Origin: Gemmatimonadota bacterium
Lineage (GTDB): Bacteria > Gemmatimonadota > Gemmatimonadetes > Palauibacterales > Palauibacteraceae
NCBI GenBank assembly: GCA_039588275.1
Contig: JBDHAC010000010.1
Coordinates: 32,001-96,000, forward strand
Reading direction: 5' to 3'
Length of the DNA stretch: 64,000 nt
This document shows positions 48,980 to 57,476 of this stretch, in pieces; position 1 is the first letter of the stretch, and every line of letters begins with the position of its first letter. The notes under the pieces are model-generated. The model ran no database searches. It had not been told where the DNA came from and saw only the letters and a program-made list of their open reading frames with translations. The position numbers and the translations under genes are program-made.

Positions 48980-50206
48980 TCACGGGGAGGACTTCTCGAT
49001 CCGTGCTCGCACTACGAAGGGAACTTCGAGCTCGTCCTCCGTGACCCCGACCAGCGTGGATCCGCGGATCAAGGGATACGGCCGCCGGCTGAGCGCGAAC
49101 GGCAGACGAACGCGACCCAGGTAGCGGCCGATCGGGTCGAACACATCGAGGCGCGTCCCTTGGTCCTCTCTCTTGGTGACGGGGAAAACCCACAGATTGC
49201 CTTCGTCGTCGAAGAGGAACTCCTCGGTCGCGGGCTTCGTGTCGGGGATCTTCGACAGATCCACCTTGCCGCCCTGATCGGTGAACCACTCCAGCTCGGC
49301 CTCCGCCTCCGCCATGTCGGCGCCGGTCACGGGGAGCGGATCGAACTCGCGCGTGAGCGTTCGGAGCGTGTCACCCTCGGGGGTCAGCTCGAAGAACCGG
49401 TAGTTGCCGGAGAGCATTCCCCAGATCGAGCCCGAAGGCGCCAGCCGCCACCGGAAGGCGGCGGAGAACGGCACCGAGGCCATGGCGACACCGCCATCGG
49501 GGCTCCTCAGGACGAACCGTTCGCGCTCGACCGGATCATCGGGAACCGTGAGCGTGTCGAGGGCGGTGAAGCCGGCGTCGTACCGGACGAGCGCGATCTC
49601 GAAGCGCTCCTCATCCGGTCGTGGGACCGGTGCATAGTACCGACCCGCGTCGTCGAACCCGCCGGGCCACGGGATCATCACGAACCCGCCCGGCGATGCG
49701 TGCGAGTCGAGGAGGGCACCCACAGTATCGATCACCGATACTCGGTTGTTCGCGGGATCGACGACCCATAGATGACCGTCGGGCCCGAACTGGGCGTGCA
49801 AGGGACGGTTGAACTCGCCGGGGCCACCACCCTGGCGCCCGATCGTGCGCACGTGGGCCCCGTCCGGGGCGAAGACCCTGATCTCCTGCGCCTGCCCTTC
49901 CAGAACGTAGATGCGCTCCAAAGGGTCGATCTCCAACGACATGATCTCGCCGAACAAGCTTGGACCGACCTCATCCCTGCTTCCGATCCGAAGCTCCTCG
50001 GTGACGCGCCAGGTCGCCTCGGGGGTCCAGAGCGGATCCGCCGTGTTCGTGACCACGACCTGTCCGGATGCGAGCGTGTCGATGGTTCCCGCCCAGGAAG
50101 GTTCGGCTTCGCCGGAGGGGACGCAGCCTGCCGCGAGCGATGCTGCGAGCCAAGACAGGTGGAGTGGAAGACCCGGGCTTGGAGCGCACATTCGCAGGTT
50201 CACCAT
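48980..50206 (-). CDS. 6-bladed beta-propeller (NHL-like) lipoprotein
   Basis: Lipobox AAGC; EELRIG, IGRQGGGPGEF, DVFDPIGRYLG, DELEVPFVVR. Confidence 0.85.
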   Translation of the reverse strand: MVNLRMCAPSPGLPLHLSWLAASLAAGCVPSGEAEPSWAGTIDTLASGQVVVTNTADPLWTPEATWRVTEELRIGSRDEVGPSLFGEIMSLEIDPLERIYVLEGQAQEIRVFAPDGAHVRTIGRQGGGPGEFNRPLHAQFGPDGHLWVVDPANNRVSVIDTVGALLDSHASPGGFVMIPWPGGFDDAGRYYAPVPRPDEERFEIALVRYDAGFTALDTLTVPDDPVERERFVLRSPDGGVAMASVPFSAAFRWRLAPSGSIWGMLSGNYRFFELTPEGDTLRTLTREFDPLPVTGADMAEAEAELEWFTDQGGKVDLSKIPDTKPATEEFLFDDEGNLWVFPVTKREDQGTRLDVFDPIGRYLGRVRLPFALSRRPYPLIRGSTLVGVTEDELEVPFVVRARIEKSSP

Positions 50207-50321
50207 GTCGGAATCCGCTCTCTCGAGAGGGACTGGAAGCCAGGCTCCATGGACTAGACAACTTCCAACCCGCGGACGGTTGTCCGCCACCGCCCCACTC
50301 GCGCGGGTCTCCCTGCGTGGG

Positions 50322-50474
50322 CGTTTCAACGCGCGTTTCACACCGTTGCAGCGTCCCTCGTTGAAACGACCCCCCTGAGAGGATCCGGACTACCACCAAG
50401 TGGTCCAAGCCGTTGCCGCGCAACGTGGAAGCTGGATGGAACCTACGCGACCAGCCCCCGGCGCGGCCCGTGCC
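50322..50474 (+). promoter_or_regulatory. Putative sigma54 promoter with upstream activator boxes
   Basis: CGGCGCG-GCCC-GTGC (GG 50460-61, GC 50472-73, N10 spacing). Inverted repeat CGTTTCAACG (50322)...CGTTGAAACG (ends 50368); box CGTCCC-N5-GAAACG at 50352. Confidence 0.55.
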
Positions 50475-50549
50475 GAAGGATGGACCGGGCACGCGGCCGT
50501 CGAGAGCGCCGCGGACGTCATAAGGCATCATCATACGCAGGAGGTCGTA

Positions 50550-51317
50550 GTGGGCAGGAATCGAGCATTCACGTGGGTGGCCGCGCTCGCCGGCGTCGCG
50601 CTGTTGGCAGGCTGCGGGATGGACAGCATGACCGGCGCGCCGGAGGCGCAGGCGGGCTTCGGGAAGCGCAACGGCGGCGTCTCCAGGGCACGCACCTATA
50701 GCGTCACGATCGAAAACCTGACGGGCGGACAGTGGTTCACCCCGCCCCTCGTCGCCACGCACCAAGGGGGAGAAGGTCTCTTCGAGGTCGGAGCACCAGC
50801 CAGCCTCGGCGCGCGCGAGATCGCCGAGAACGGAAACCTGCAGCCGATGCTGGACCGGCTGAACGCGAGCGATCACGTGTCCGACGTGGTGGTCGCGGTC
50901 GCGGGCACTCCGCCGCCTCTCGCGCCGGGCGCGAGCGTGAGCTTCACCATCGACGCCCAGCCTGGCGCGCGCTTTCTCTCCGTCATGTCCATGCTGATCT
51001 GCACGAACGACGGGTTCACCGGACTCGACGGGCAGCGTCTGCCTTCGCGGGTAGGGCAGCAGATCGTCCTGGACACGAACGCGTACGACGCGGGGTCCGA
51101 GATCAACACGGAGGATTTCGCGGATCTCGTTCCGCCGTGCCCCGTCCTGACGAACGTGCCGAGCATGGATCCCGGCACCGGGATGAGCGATCCGGCGCTC
51201 GCCGAGAACGGTGTGATTCGCATGCACGCCGGGGTCGTCGGGAACGACGACCTGGACGCCGCCCTGCACGGGTTCTCGAGCCCGGTCGGGCGCATCACGA
51301 TTCGCCGCACCGGCTGA
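50550..51317 (+). CDS. Spondin_N-domain lipoprotein
   Basis: CAGGAGG RBS then GTG; lipobox LAGC; YSVTIENLT.GQ.FTP, AENGN, SMLICTNDGF, AYDAGSE.N.E. Confidence 0.88.
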   Translation: MGRNRAFTWVAALAGVALLAGCGMDSMTGAPEAQAGFGKRNGGVSRARTYSVTIENLTGGQWFTPPLVATHQGGEGLFEVGAPASLGAREIAENGNLQPMLDRLNASDHVSDVVVAVAGTPPPLAPGASVSFTIDAQPGARFLSVMSMLICTNDGFTGLDGQRLPSRVGQQIVLDTNAYDAGSEINTEDFADLVPPCPVLTNVPSMDPGTGMSDPALAENGVIRMHAGVVGNDDLDAALHGFSSPVGRITIRRTG

Positions 51318-51332
51318 CATGGCGACTCCAGT

Positions 51333-51396
51333 GGTCGGGGCCCGGATCCGGGTCCCGACCCGGGGTCGGTGGGCGGGAGCCCTCCCCGGGCTCCCG
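51333..51396. terminator. Two GC-rich hairpins between the spondin gene and the histidine kinase
   Basis: GGTCGGGGCCCGG-AT-CCGGGTCCCGACC and GGGAGCCC-TCCCC-GGGCTCCC. Confidence 0.4.
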
Positions 51397-51427
51397 GCAT
51401 CGTCTTCATCGGCCTTATGTTCCCATC

Positions 51428-53173
51428 ATGACTCTCACCTTTCACCGCGCATTCCTGGTCACACTGGGGGGAACGCTCCTGGCGGCTCTACTCGTGGGCG
51501 GGGTCACGCTGGAGCGTAGACTGGCTGCCGAGTTGGAGGAAGACGTGCGCCAGGATCTCGCGATGGCGCCGCCGCTCCTCGCCGACCGGCAGTCCACCCA
51601 GGCCGAGGCCCTACGCATGCACGCGCAGGTCCTGGCGCAGACGGAAGCGCTTCGGGCCGCTCTCGCGGCCGGCGACCGGTCAGGTACCGTGGCCTATGCG
51701 GAGCAGCTCGCGGGGGAATGGGGCGAGGACCCCGTGGTGCTCGAGCCCGGGGGACAAGTGTGGGTCGGACCGCGTCTCGAGCCCGACCTCGTGAGCGCGG
51801 CGGCGGCCGGCGAGAATCCCTACGCGCTGCAGTACACGGGCGGCGAGCTGCACCAGGTCGCGGTGGCCGCGGTCTTTCAGGGAGAAGAGCAGATCGGCGT
51901 CGCTGGAGTGGCGCTCGCGCTCGATGCGCGGGCGGCCGAGGTCCTCGCGGGACTCACGCATTCCGAGGTCGTGCTCGTGGGACGCGATGGGGCGGTCGTC
52001 GCCTCGACCGTGCCCCCGGAGGTAGCCGCTGCGATCGTGGGCGCGGGTGGCCCGGCGACTGCTGCGGGGCTCACCGAGACCGTCGAGGTGACCGAGCTGC
52101 AGGTTCCGGCCGTGGGGCGGTATTGGAGCACTGCGGCACCCCTCGCGGACGCCGGTGTCGCCTTCTTCGTACGCTCCGCCAGCCGCGAGCTGGCTGCCCT
52201 TCCCCGGCTACGTCGCGCCGCTCTGATTGCCGGGGGCCTGGCCCTGCTCGTCACGCTGCTGGTGGGCTCGGCCGTCGCACGCGGGATGTCGCGTCCCATT
52301 CGCGCGCTGGCGGGTGCGTCCCGCGACCTCGCAGCCGGCGACTTCGACGCACCGCTTCCCGCTTCGCGCGTATCCGAGGTCGCAACAGTGAGCAGGGCGT
52401 TCGGAGAAATGCGGCGCGCGCTCGCGGCCCGGCTCAAGGAGCTGGCCGAGACCAACGTGCAGCTCGAGGATCGCCAGGCGCGACTTCAGGCTCTCCAGAC
52501 GCAGCTAATTCAGCGCGACCGGCTCGTGGCGGCCGGACGCCTCGTGACCGAGCTGGCGCACGAGATCCGGAACCCCGTGGCAAACGTGCGGAACTGCCTC
52601 GAGGTCGTGCGCCGTCAGACCGGCGACCCCAAGTCGCGCGAGTTCACCGACCTGGCCATCGAAGAGCTCCTCCGGATGCACGAGCTCGCAGAGCGCATGC
52701 TCGACCTGAACCGGCCCGTCAGCCCGGGCGCGACCGCGTGCGATGCGCGTGCGGTGGTCGATGATGTCGTGTCGCTGGCTCGGCTGGGCGATCACGAGGG
52801 GCGCTGGACGATCAGCGTCTCGGGCCCGGAGACGGCGAACGCCGAACTGCCGCCCGACTCGTTGAAACAGGTGCTGCACAACCTTCTGACGAACGCGCAG
52901 GAGGCGAGCCCCGACGGGGGCCCCATCGAGGTCCGGCTCGAGTCGGCGAACGGCCAGCTACGGATCGAGGTTTCGGATCGCGGCCACGGAATCCCGGAGG
53001 ACGCGCGGTCTCGCATGTTCGACCCCTTCTTCACCACCAAGGAGGACGTGCACGGAGTCGGACTCGGACTGTTCATCGCTCAGGGTGTGCTGCGCCGTCA
53101 TGGTGGGAGCATCAGCGCCAGAAACCGCACCTCGGGTCCGGGCGCCACGATCCTGGTCGAGCTTCCGGCATGA
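51428..53173 (+). CDS. Sensor histidine kinase (2 TM, Cache-like periplasmic domain, HAMP)
   Basis: LAHEIRNP, NLLTNA, DRGHGI, FDPFFTTK, GVGLGL. Confidence 0.93.
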   Translation: MTLTFHRAFLVTLGGTLLAALLVGGVTLERRLAAELEEDVRQDLAMAPPLLADRQSTQAEALRMHAQVLAQTEALRAALAAGDRSGTVAYAEQLAGEWGEDPVVLEPGGQVWVGPRLEPDLVSAAAAGENPYALQYTGGELHQVAVAAVFQGEEQIGVAGVALALDARAAEVLAGLTHSEVVLVGRDGAVVASTVPPEVAAAIVGAGGPATAAGLTETVEVTELQVPAVGRYWSTAAPLADAGVAFFVRSASRELAALPRLRRAALIAGGLALLVTLLVGSAVARGMSRPIRALAGASRDLAAGDFDAPLPASRVSEVATVSRAFGEMRRALAARLKELAETNVQLEDRQARLQALQTQLIQRDRLVAAGRLVTELAHEIRNPVANVRNCLEVVRRQTGDPKSREFTDLAIEELLRMHELAERMLDLNRPVSPGATACDARAVVDDVVSLARLGDHEGRWTISVSGPETANAELPPDSLKQVLHNLLTNAQEASPDGGPIEVRLESANGQLRIEVSDRGHGIPEDARSRMFDPFFTTKEDVHGVGLGLFIAQGVLRRHGGSISARNRTSGPGATILVELPA

Positions 53174-54564
53174 TCCCGGCCTCCGCTTCGCCTCGGAGAT
53201 ACGACTCCAGCTTGCTGCTCATCGTGGATGACGACGTCGCGTTCCGGCGCTCGACCGCCGAGCTCCTGCGGGACGAAGGCTACAGGGTCGAGACGGCTGC
53301 CAGCGCGCCCGAGGCCTCGGAGGTCCTCGAGCGGGAGGCCGTGGACCTCATGCTCCTGGACGTGCGGATGCCGGGGCTCGGCGGGCTCGAGGTGGTGGAG
53401 GTCCTCCGGCGGCGAGGTTCGCCGATACCCATCCTCATGATCAGCGGATACGGCGATGTCGAAACGGCGGTGGAGTCGCTCCACCTCGGGGCGGACGATT
53501 TCCTCACCAAGCCCGTCGACCCCGAGGAGCTGAGCCGGCGGGTCGCCGAGCTACTCGAGCGCCGCCCGTCACCGGAACGTCTCGCAGCGGCCACGAACTA
53601 CGGGATCGTCGGACAATCCGCAGCCATGGCGGAGCTGATCGACTCCGTGCGCCAGGTGGCGGAGTCGGATGCCACCGTCCTGGTGATCGGTGAGACGGGT
53701 ACCGGGAAGGAGCTCGTGGCGCGAGCCATCCACAGCCTCTCTTTGCGTGAATCCGGGCCTTTCGTGCCCGTCAACTGCGCGGCGCTCGCGGAAGGGCTGC
53801 TGGAGTCCGAGCTATTCGGGCACGTACGGGGGGCGTTCACGGGAGCCACGCGAGACAAGGACGGACTGTTCGCCGCCGCGAACGCCGGCACCCTGTTCCT
53901 GGACGAGATCGGCGACATGAGCCTGAGGCTCCAGCAACGGCTGCTCCGGGTTCTCCAGGAGCGCGAGGCGATGCCGGTGGGAGCGACCCGCGCGCGGCCC
54001 GTGGATGTTCGCGTCGTAGCCGCTACCCACCGAGACCTGCGGGAGGAGATGGACGGCGGCCGCTTCCGAGACGACCTCTTCTATCGGCTCAACGTGTTCC
54101 CGATTCACATCCCCCCGCTACGCGCACGCAAGCGAGACGTTTCTCTCCTCGTGCACCACGCGCTCCGACGACTCGGGGAGCGCTCCGCCGGTGGCGTTCC
54201 ACCCGCAGTGTCGCTGCCCGCCATGCGCGCGCTCCGGGCGCATGATTGGCCCGGCAACGTTCGCGAGCTCATGGCGGCCGTCGAGAGCGCAGCGATCCGG
54301 GCCGGAACGAGCGAGATCGGGCTCGAGCACCTCCCCCCCGAGATCCGGGCCGACCGAACCGAGGGTGGACGGTACCACGCACCGACGCGCCCCGACGACG
54401 AGCGCGACGCGATCGTAGCCGCGCTGGAGGCGGCACACGGCGTCCGCGCACGAGCGGCCGAGCTCCTGGGGATGAGCCGGACGACCCTCTGGCGCCGGAT
54501 GCGGGCGCTCGGATTGGTCGACGGAGACGGAGACGGAAACGGAAACGGAGACGGCGAGAGCTGA
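53170..54564 (+). CDS. Sigma54-dependent response regulator (NtrC family: REC-AAA+-Fis HTH)
   Basis: VDDD, LLDVRMPG, GETGTGKE, ESELFGH.RGAFTGA, FLDEI, RDDLFYRL, WPGNVREL; ATGA overlap with the HK. Confidence 0.95.
   Translation: MIPASASPRRYDSSLLLIVDDDVAFRRSTAELLRDEGYRVETAASAPEASEVLEREAVDLMLLDVRMPGLGGLEVVEVLRRRGSPIPILMISGYGDVETAVESLHLGADDFLTKPVDPEELSRRVAELLERRPSPERLAAATNYGIVGQSAAMAELIDSVRQVAESDATVLVIGETGTGKELVARAIHSLSLRESGPFVPVNCAALAEGLLESELFGHVRGAFTGATRDKDGLFAAANAGTLFLDEIGDMSLRLQQRLLRVLQEREAMPVGATRARPVDVRVVAATHRDLREEMDGGRFRDDLFYRLNVFPIHIPPLRARKRDVSLLVHHALRRLGERSAGGVPPAVSLPAMRALRAHDWPGNVRELMAAVESAAIRAGTSEIGLEHLPPEIRADRTEGGRYHAPTRPDDERDAIVAALEAAHGVRARAAELLGMSRTTLWRRMRALGLVDGDGDGNGNGDGES
54520..54555. 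repeat. Hexamer microsatellite RACGG(A/C) x6 encoding DGDGDGNGNGDG
   Basis: GACGGA x3, AACGGA x2, GACGGC. Confidence 0.85.
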
Positions 54565-54574
54565 AGCGCCGGGA

Positions 54575-54892
54575 TTATTCCGGGAGCGTCTCCAACAACC
54601 GGGTAAGCCGGGTCCGGTACTCGCGGAACGCGGCTCTGCCTGCCCGGGTGAGCCGCAGCAGCGTGCACGGGATTTTGTCCCGGAACCGCTTTTCCACTTC
54701 GACGTACCCGGCCTGTTCCAGCTTCCCGAGGTGGAATGAGAGATTCCCGCCGGTGAGTCCGGTCTGGTTCGCCAGAAACGTGAAGTCCGCCTCATCGATC
54801 ACGTATAGATGCGCCATGACCATGAGCCGGGCCGGCTCGTGGACGAGCTTATCCAGATCCGCGAGCGTCTCCGTCTCGGGCGTCTCACTCAC
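54575..54892 (-). CDS. Winged-helix transcriptional regulator (HTH_34/ArsR-like)
   Basis: LDKLVHEPARL, DFTFL, LTGGNLSFHLGKLEQAGYV, LTRAGRAAF; GTGA overlap with the upstream gene. Confidence 0.92.
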   Translation of the reverse strand: MSETPETETLADLDKLVHEPARLMVMAHLYVIDEADFTFLANQTGLTGGNLSFHLGKLEQAGYVEVEKRFRDKIPCTLLRLTRAGRAAFREYRTRLTRLLETLPE

Positions 54893-55524
54893 GATGACGC
54901 CTCCACCTGCCGCGGCGGGTAGCGACGCATGAAGCGGATCAGCCTCGCGAATCCCGCCAGCGTGATCACGGCTCCGACGACGGCGAGCCCATACTCGGCC
55001 GGCACACCGAAGGGAACGAGCGCGGCCGCGATTACCGCGAGCAACGCGTAGCCCATGAACCACGGCGCTCGAAGGGCGAGTCCCGCCACGCCCAGGAAGA
55101 GCGCCACCATGAGCGCGAACGGGGCCAACCCGAGACCGATCAGCGTCTCCCGCATCGAATCCCCACCCCTATCGAACACGAGCCACACCGCGACCCCGGC
55201 GAGCGCCGTCCCCACCAGGGCCCAATGGAGAGTCCACAGCCCACGTCGTTCTCTCTTTCGGCGTGGCTCGCTGAAGCGAACGTAGCCGACGTGCCGGGTC
55301 GCGATCTTGTCGCGCAAAGGCTTCCACATCGTCGCGAGGAGCGCCGGCGCGAGGATGGTGAGCATCGGGAGCTCGAGGAGCACTCCGACCGCGAACCCGA
55401 GCAGCCCCAAACCCGCCAGCAGATCGATCAATCCGTCCTGCTGCGTCGTTCGGTAGGTGTGCTCCTCCAACTCGTCCAGATCACTCAGGCGCTTCAGATC
55501 GCTCGAATCGATTCGCTCATCCAT
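54889..55524 (-). CDS. Membrane protein co-transcribed with the wHTH regulator
   Basis: GAGGTG RBS; QDGLIDLLAG, VGYVRF, F.RRYP; about 6 TM. Confidence 0.8.
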   Translation of the reverse strand: MDERIDSSDLKRLSDLDELEEHTYRTTQQDGLIDLLAGLGLLGFAVGVLLELPMLTILAPALLATMWKPLRDKIATRHVGYVRFSEPRRKRERRGLWTLHWALVGTALAGVAVWLVFDRGGDSMRETLIGLGLAPFALMVALFLGVAGLALRAPWFMGYALLAVIAAALVPFGVPAEYGLAVVGAVITLAGFARLIRFMRRYPPRQVEASS

Positions 55525-55605
55525 CGTATTCACCTCGAAGCCCATTCGGGCCGATGCAGACGCGAGAGCCGACCGGTGTTTCCGGGCCGCGGGCAGCACC
55601 TGCTG

Positions 55606-55639
55606 AGTTTGCACTGCCATGTAGTCTGTACTACAAACT
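55606..55639. promoter_or_regulatory. Tandem 17-bp palindromic operators, likely for the adjacent wHTH regulator
   Basis: AGTTTGCACTGCCATGT followed directly by AGTCTGTACTACAAACT (7/8 arm match); AT-rich relative to the flanks. Confidence 0.55.
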
Positions 55640-55827
55640 ATTCTGCGCCGAGGAGATCGTCAAGGGTCTCCAGCCGAGCGAGGGTCCCCCACGTGCTCAG
55701 GGCTCCGTCCGTCGCGACCGTTCCGAAGACGTCTGGCGGGAGAGAAGCGACGCGGTAACGTACCGTAACCTTCAAGTGTCAAACCTAGTTGAATACGACA
55801 CCCAACCTCGTCACGGAGGGTGCGCAC

Positions 55828-57360
55828 ATGCGCCACCATCGTTTGATCCCTTTGTTGATCCTCCCCGCCGTGCTCCTCCCCCTCCCCGCTTCATCCCAGA
55901 TGGCCCAGGAAGCGGTGGACGTGGAGCTGGTTCAGCAGATCCGAGAAGAAGGTCTCGAGCGCTCGCAGATCGAAGCGCTCGCTCACCATCTGACGGAGAT
56001 CATCGGTCCCCGGTTGACGGGCTCTCCGGGCATGATGAAGGCCAACCAGTGGACGGCCGACATGTTCCGGGAGTGGGGCCTGGAGAACGTGATGATCGAG
56101 CCGTGGGGCGAGTTCGGGACCGGCTGGCGACTGGATGACTACCATGGCCGCGTGCTGACGCCGTTCGTCCAGCCCCTGCAGGCGCAGCCGCTGGGTTGGA
56201 GCGGGAGCACGGACGGGGTCGTCCGTGGCCCGGTCGTCCACATGATGGTCAGCGATTCGTCCGAGCTCGAGCAGTATCGAGGCCAGCTGGCGGGAGCGTT
56301 CGTGATGATCGATCCGCCACAGGACGTGGTCCCCGAGTTCGAGCACCGTGACAGGCGCACATCACTCGAGGACCTGCTCGAGCCCGAGCCGCGACCCGAG
56401 GCCGGCCCCGGCGGCCCGCCGGCGGACCTCGAGGCCCGTAGGGCCGCATTCCGCGCCCGCCGTGTGGTCACGAACGCCGCGATCCAGATGGCACGCGATG
56501 AGGGCGCGCTCGCTCTCATCAGCATCTCCTCTCGAAACGACGGCGTGATCCGCGGCGGAAGCGGCGGGCAGCGCGACCCGGGTGCCGAGAACATCGCTCA
56601 TCTGGCGCTCACCCGTGAGCAGTACAACCAGTTCTACCGGACGCTGGGGAGCGGCCATTCGGTCGAGCTCGAGGTGAAGGTCGAGACCACCTTCTTCGAA
56701 GACGACCTGCAGCAGTACAACACGCTCGCCGACATCCCCGGCACCGACAAGGCGGACGAGTACGTCATGATCGGCGCCCATCTGGATTCCTGGCACATGG
56801 GAGGTGGCGCCACCGACAACGCGGCCGGATCCATCGTCATGATGGAGGCCATGCGCATCCTGAAGACGCTCGGTGTGCAGCCCCGACGCACGATCCGAAT
56901 AGCGCTGTGGAGCGGTGAGGAGCAGGGGCTCCTGGGGTCACGGAATTGGGTCGCGAACCACGAGGAGCTGCACGACCGGATCTCGGCTTATCTGAACGTG
57001 GACAACGGCACGGGGCGGCTGCGCGGAATCTGGGATCAGTCCAACGCCAAGGCGATCCCGATCTTCGAGCAGCTCCTGTGGCCGTTCCGCGACCTGGGCG
57101 TGGTGGCGGTCCGGCACGGTAACACGGGCGGCACCGACCATCTCGCGTTCGACCGCGCCGGCATCCCGGGTTTCAACTTCATCCAGGACCCGATCGAATA
57201 CGGCATCAACACGCACCACACCGAGCTGGACACGTACGACCATCTGCTGCTCGAGGACCTCAGGCAGGCGGCGGTGGTGGTCGCCTCCACGGCGTACCAC
57301 CTGGCCATGCGTGAGGAGATGATGCCGCGTAAGGAGGAGGTGGTGTCACAGCTTCCGTAA
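55828..57360 (+). CDS. M28-family metallopeptidase (carboxypeptidase Q-like)
   Basis: GGAGG RBS; signal peptide; IGPRLTGS, GAHLDSW, GATDNAAG, SGEEQGL, NVDNG, TDH, HHTELD. Confidence 0.93.
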   Translation: MRHHRLIPLLILPAVLLPLPASSQMAQEAVDVELVQQIREEGLERSQIEALAHHLTEIIGPRLTGSPGMMKANQWTADMFREWGLENVMIEPWGEFGTGWRLDDYHGRVLTPFVQPLQAQPLGWSGSTDGVVRGPVVHMMVSDSSELEQYRGQLAGAFVMIDPPQDVVPEFEHRDRRTSLEDLLEPEPRPEAGPGGPPADLEARRAAFRARRVVTNAAIQMARDEGALALISISSRNDGVIRGGSGGQRDPGAENIAHLALTREQYNQFYRTLGSGHSVELEVKVETTFFEDDLQQYNTLADIPGTDKADEYVMIGAHLDSWHMGGGATDNAAGSIVMMEAMRILKTLGVQPRRTIRIALWSGEEQGLLGSRNWVANHEELHDRISAYLNVDNGTGRLRGIWDQSNAKAIPIFEQLLWPFRDLGVVAVRHGNTGGTDHLAFDRAGIPGFNFIQDPIEYGINTHHTELDTYDHLLLEDLRQAAVVVASTAYHLAMREEMMPRKEEVVSQLP

Positions 57361-57379
57361 CGTCTCGCCGCTCTCCGGT

Positions 57380-57399
57380 CGCCTCCGGCACCGGAGGCG
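57380..57399. terminator. Hairpin between convergent genes
   Basis: CGCCTCCGG-CA-CCGGAGGCG. Confidence 0.45.
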
Positions 57400-57476
57400 C
57401 CGCGGGCTCCCCCGGGTATCACACGCGCCCGGCACGCCGAACGGCGGGCCGGGCCGTCCTCATTCAGTCGTTCTCT

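Noticed and set aside
50732..51427. Long N-terminal extensions in the ORF track (HK from 50732, kinase from 60179, BstA from 8953, hydrolase from 17718)
   Set aside because: They overlap real genes in other frames; RBS positions and motifs support downstream starts.
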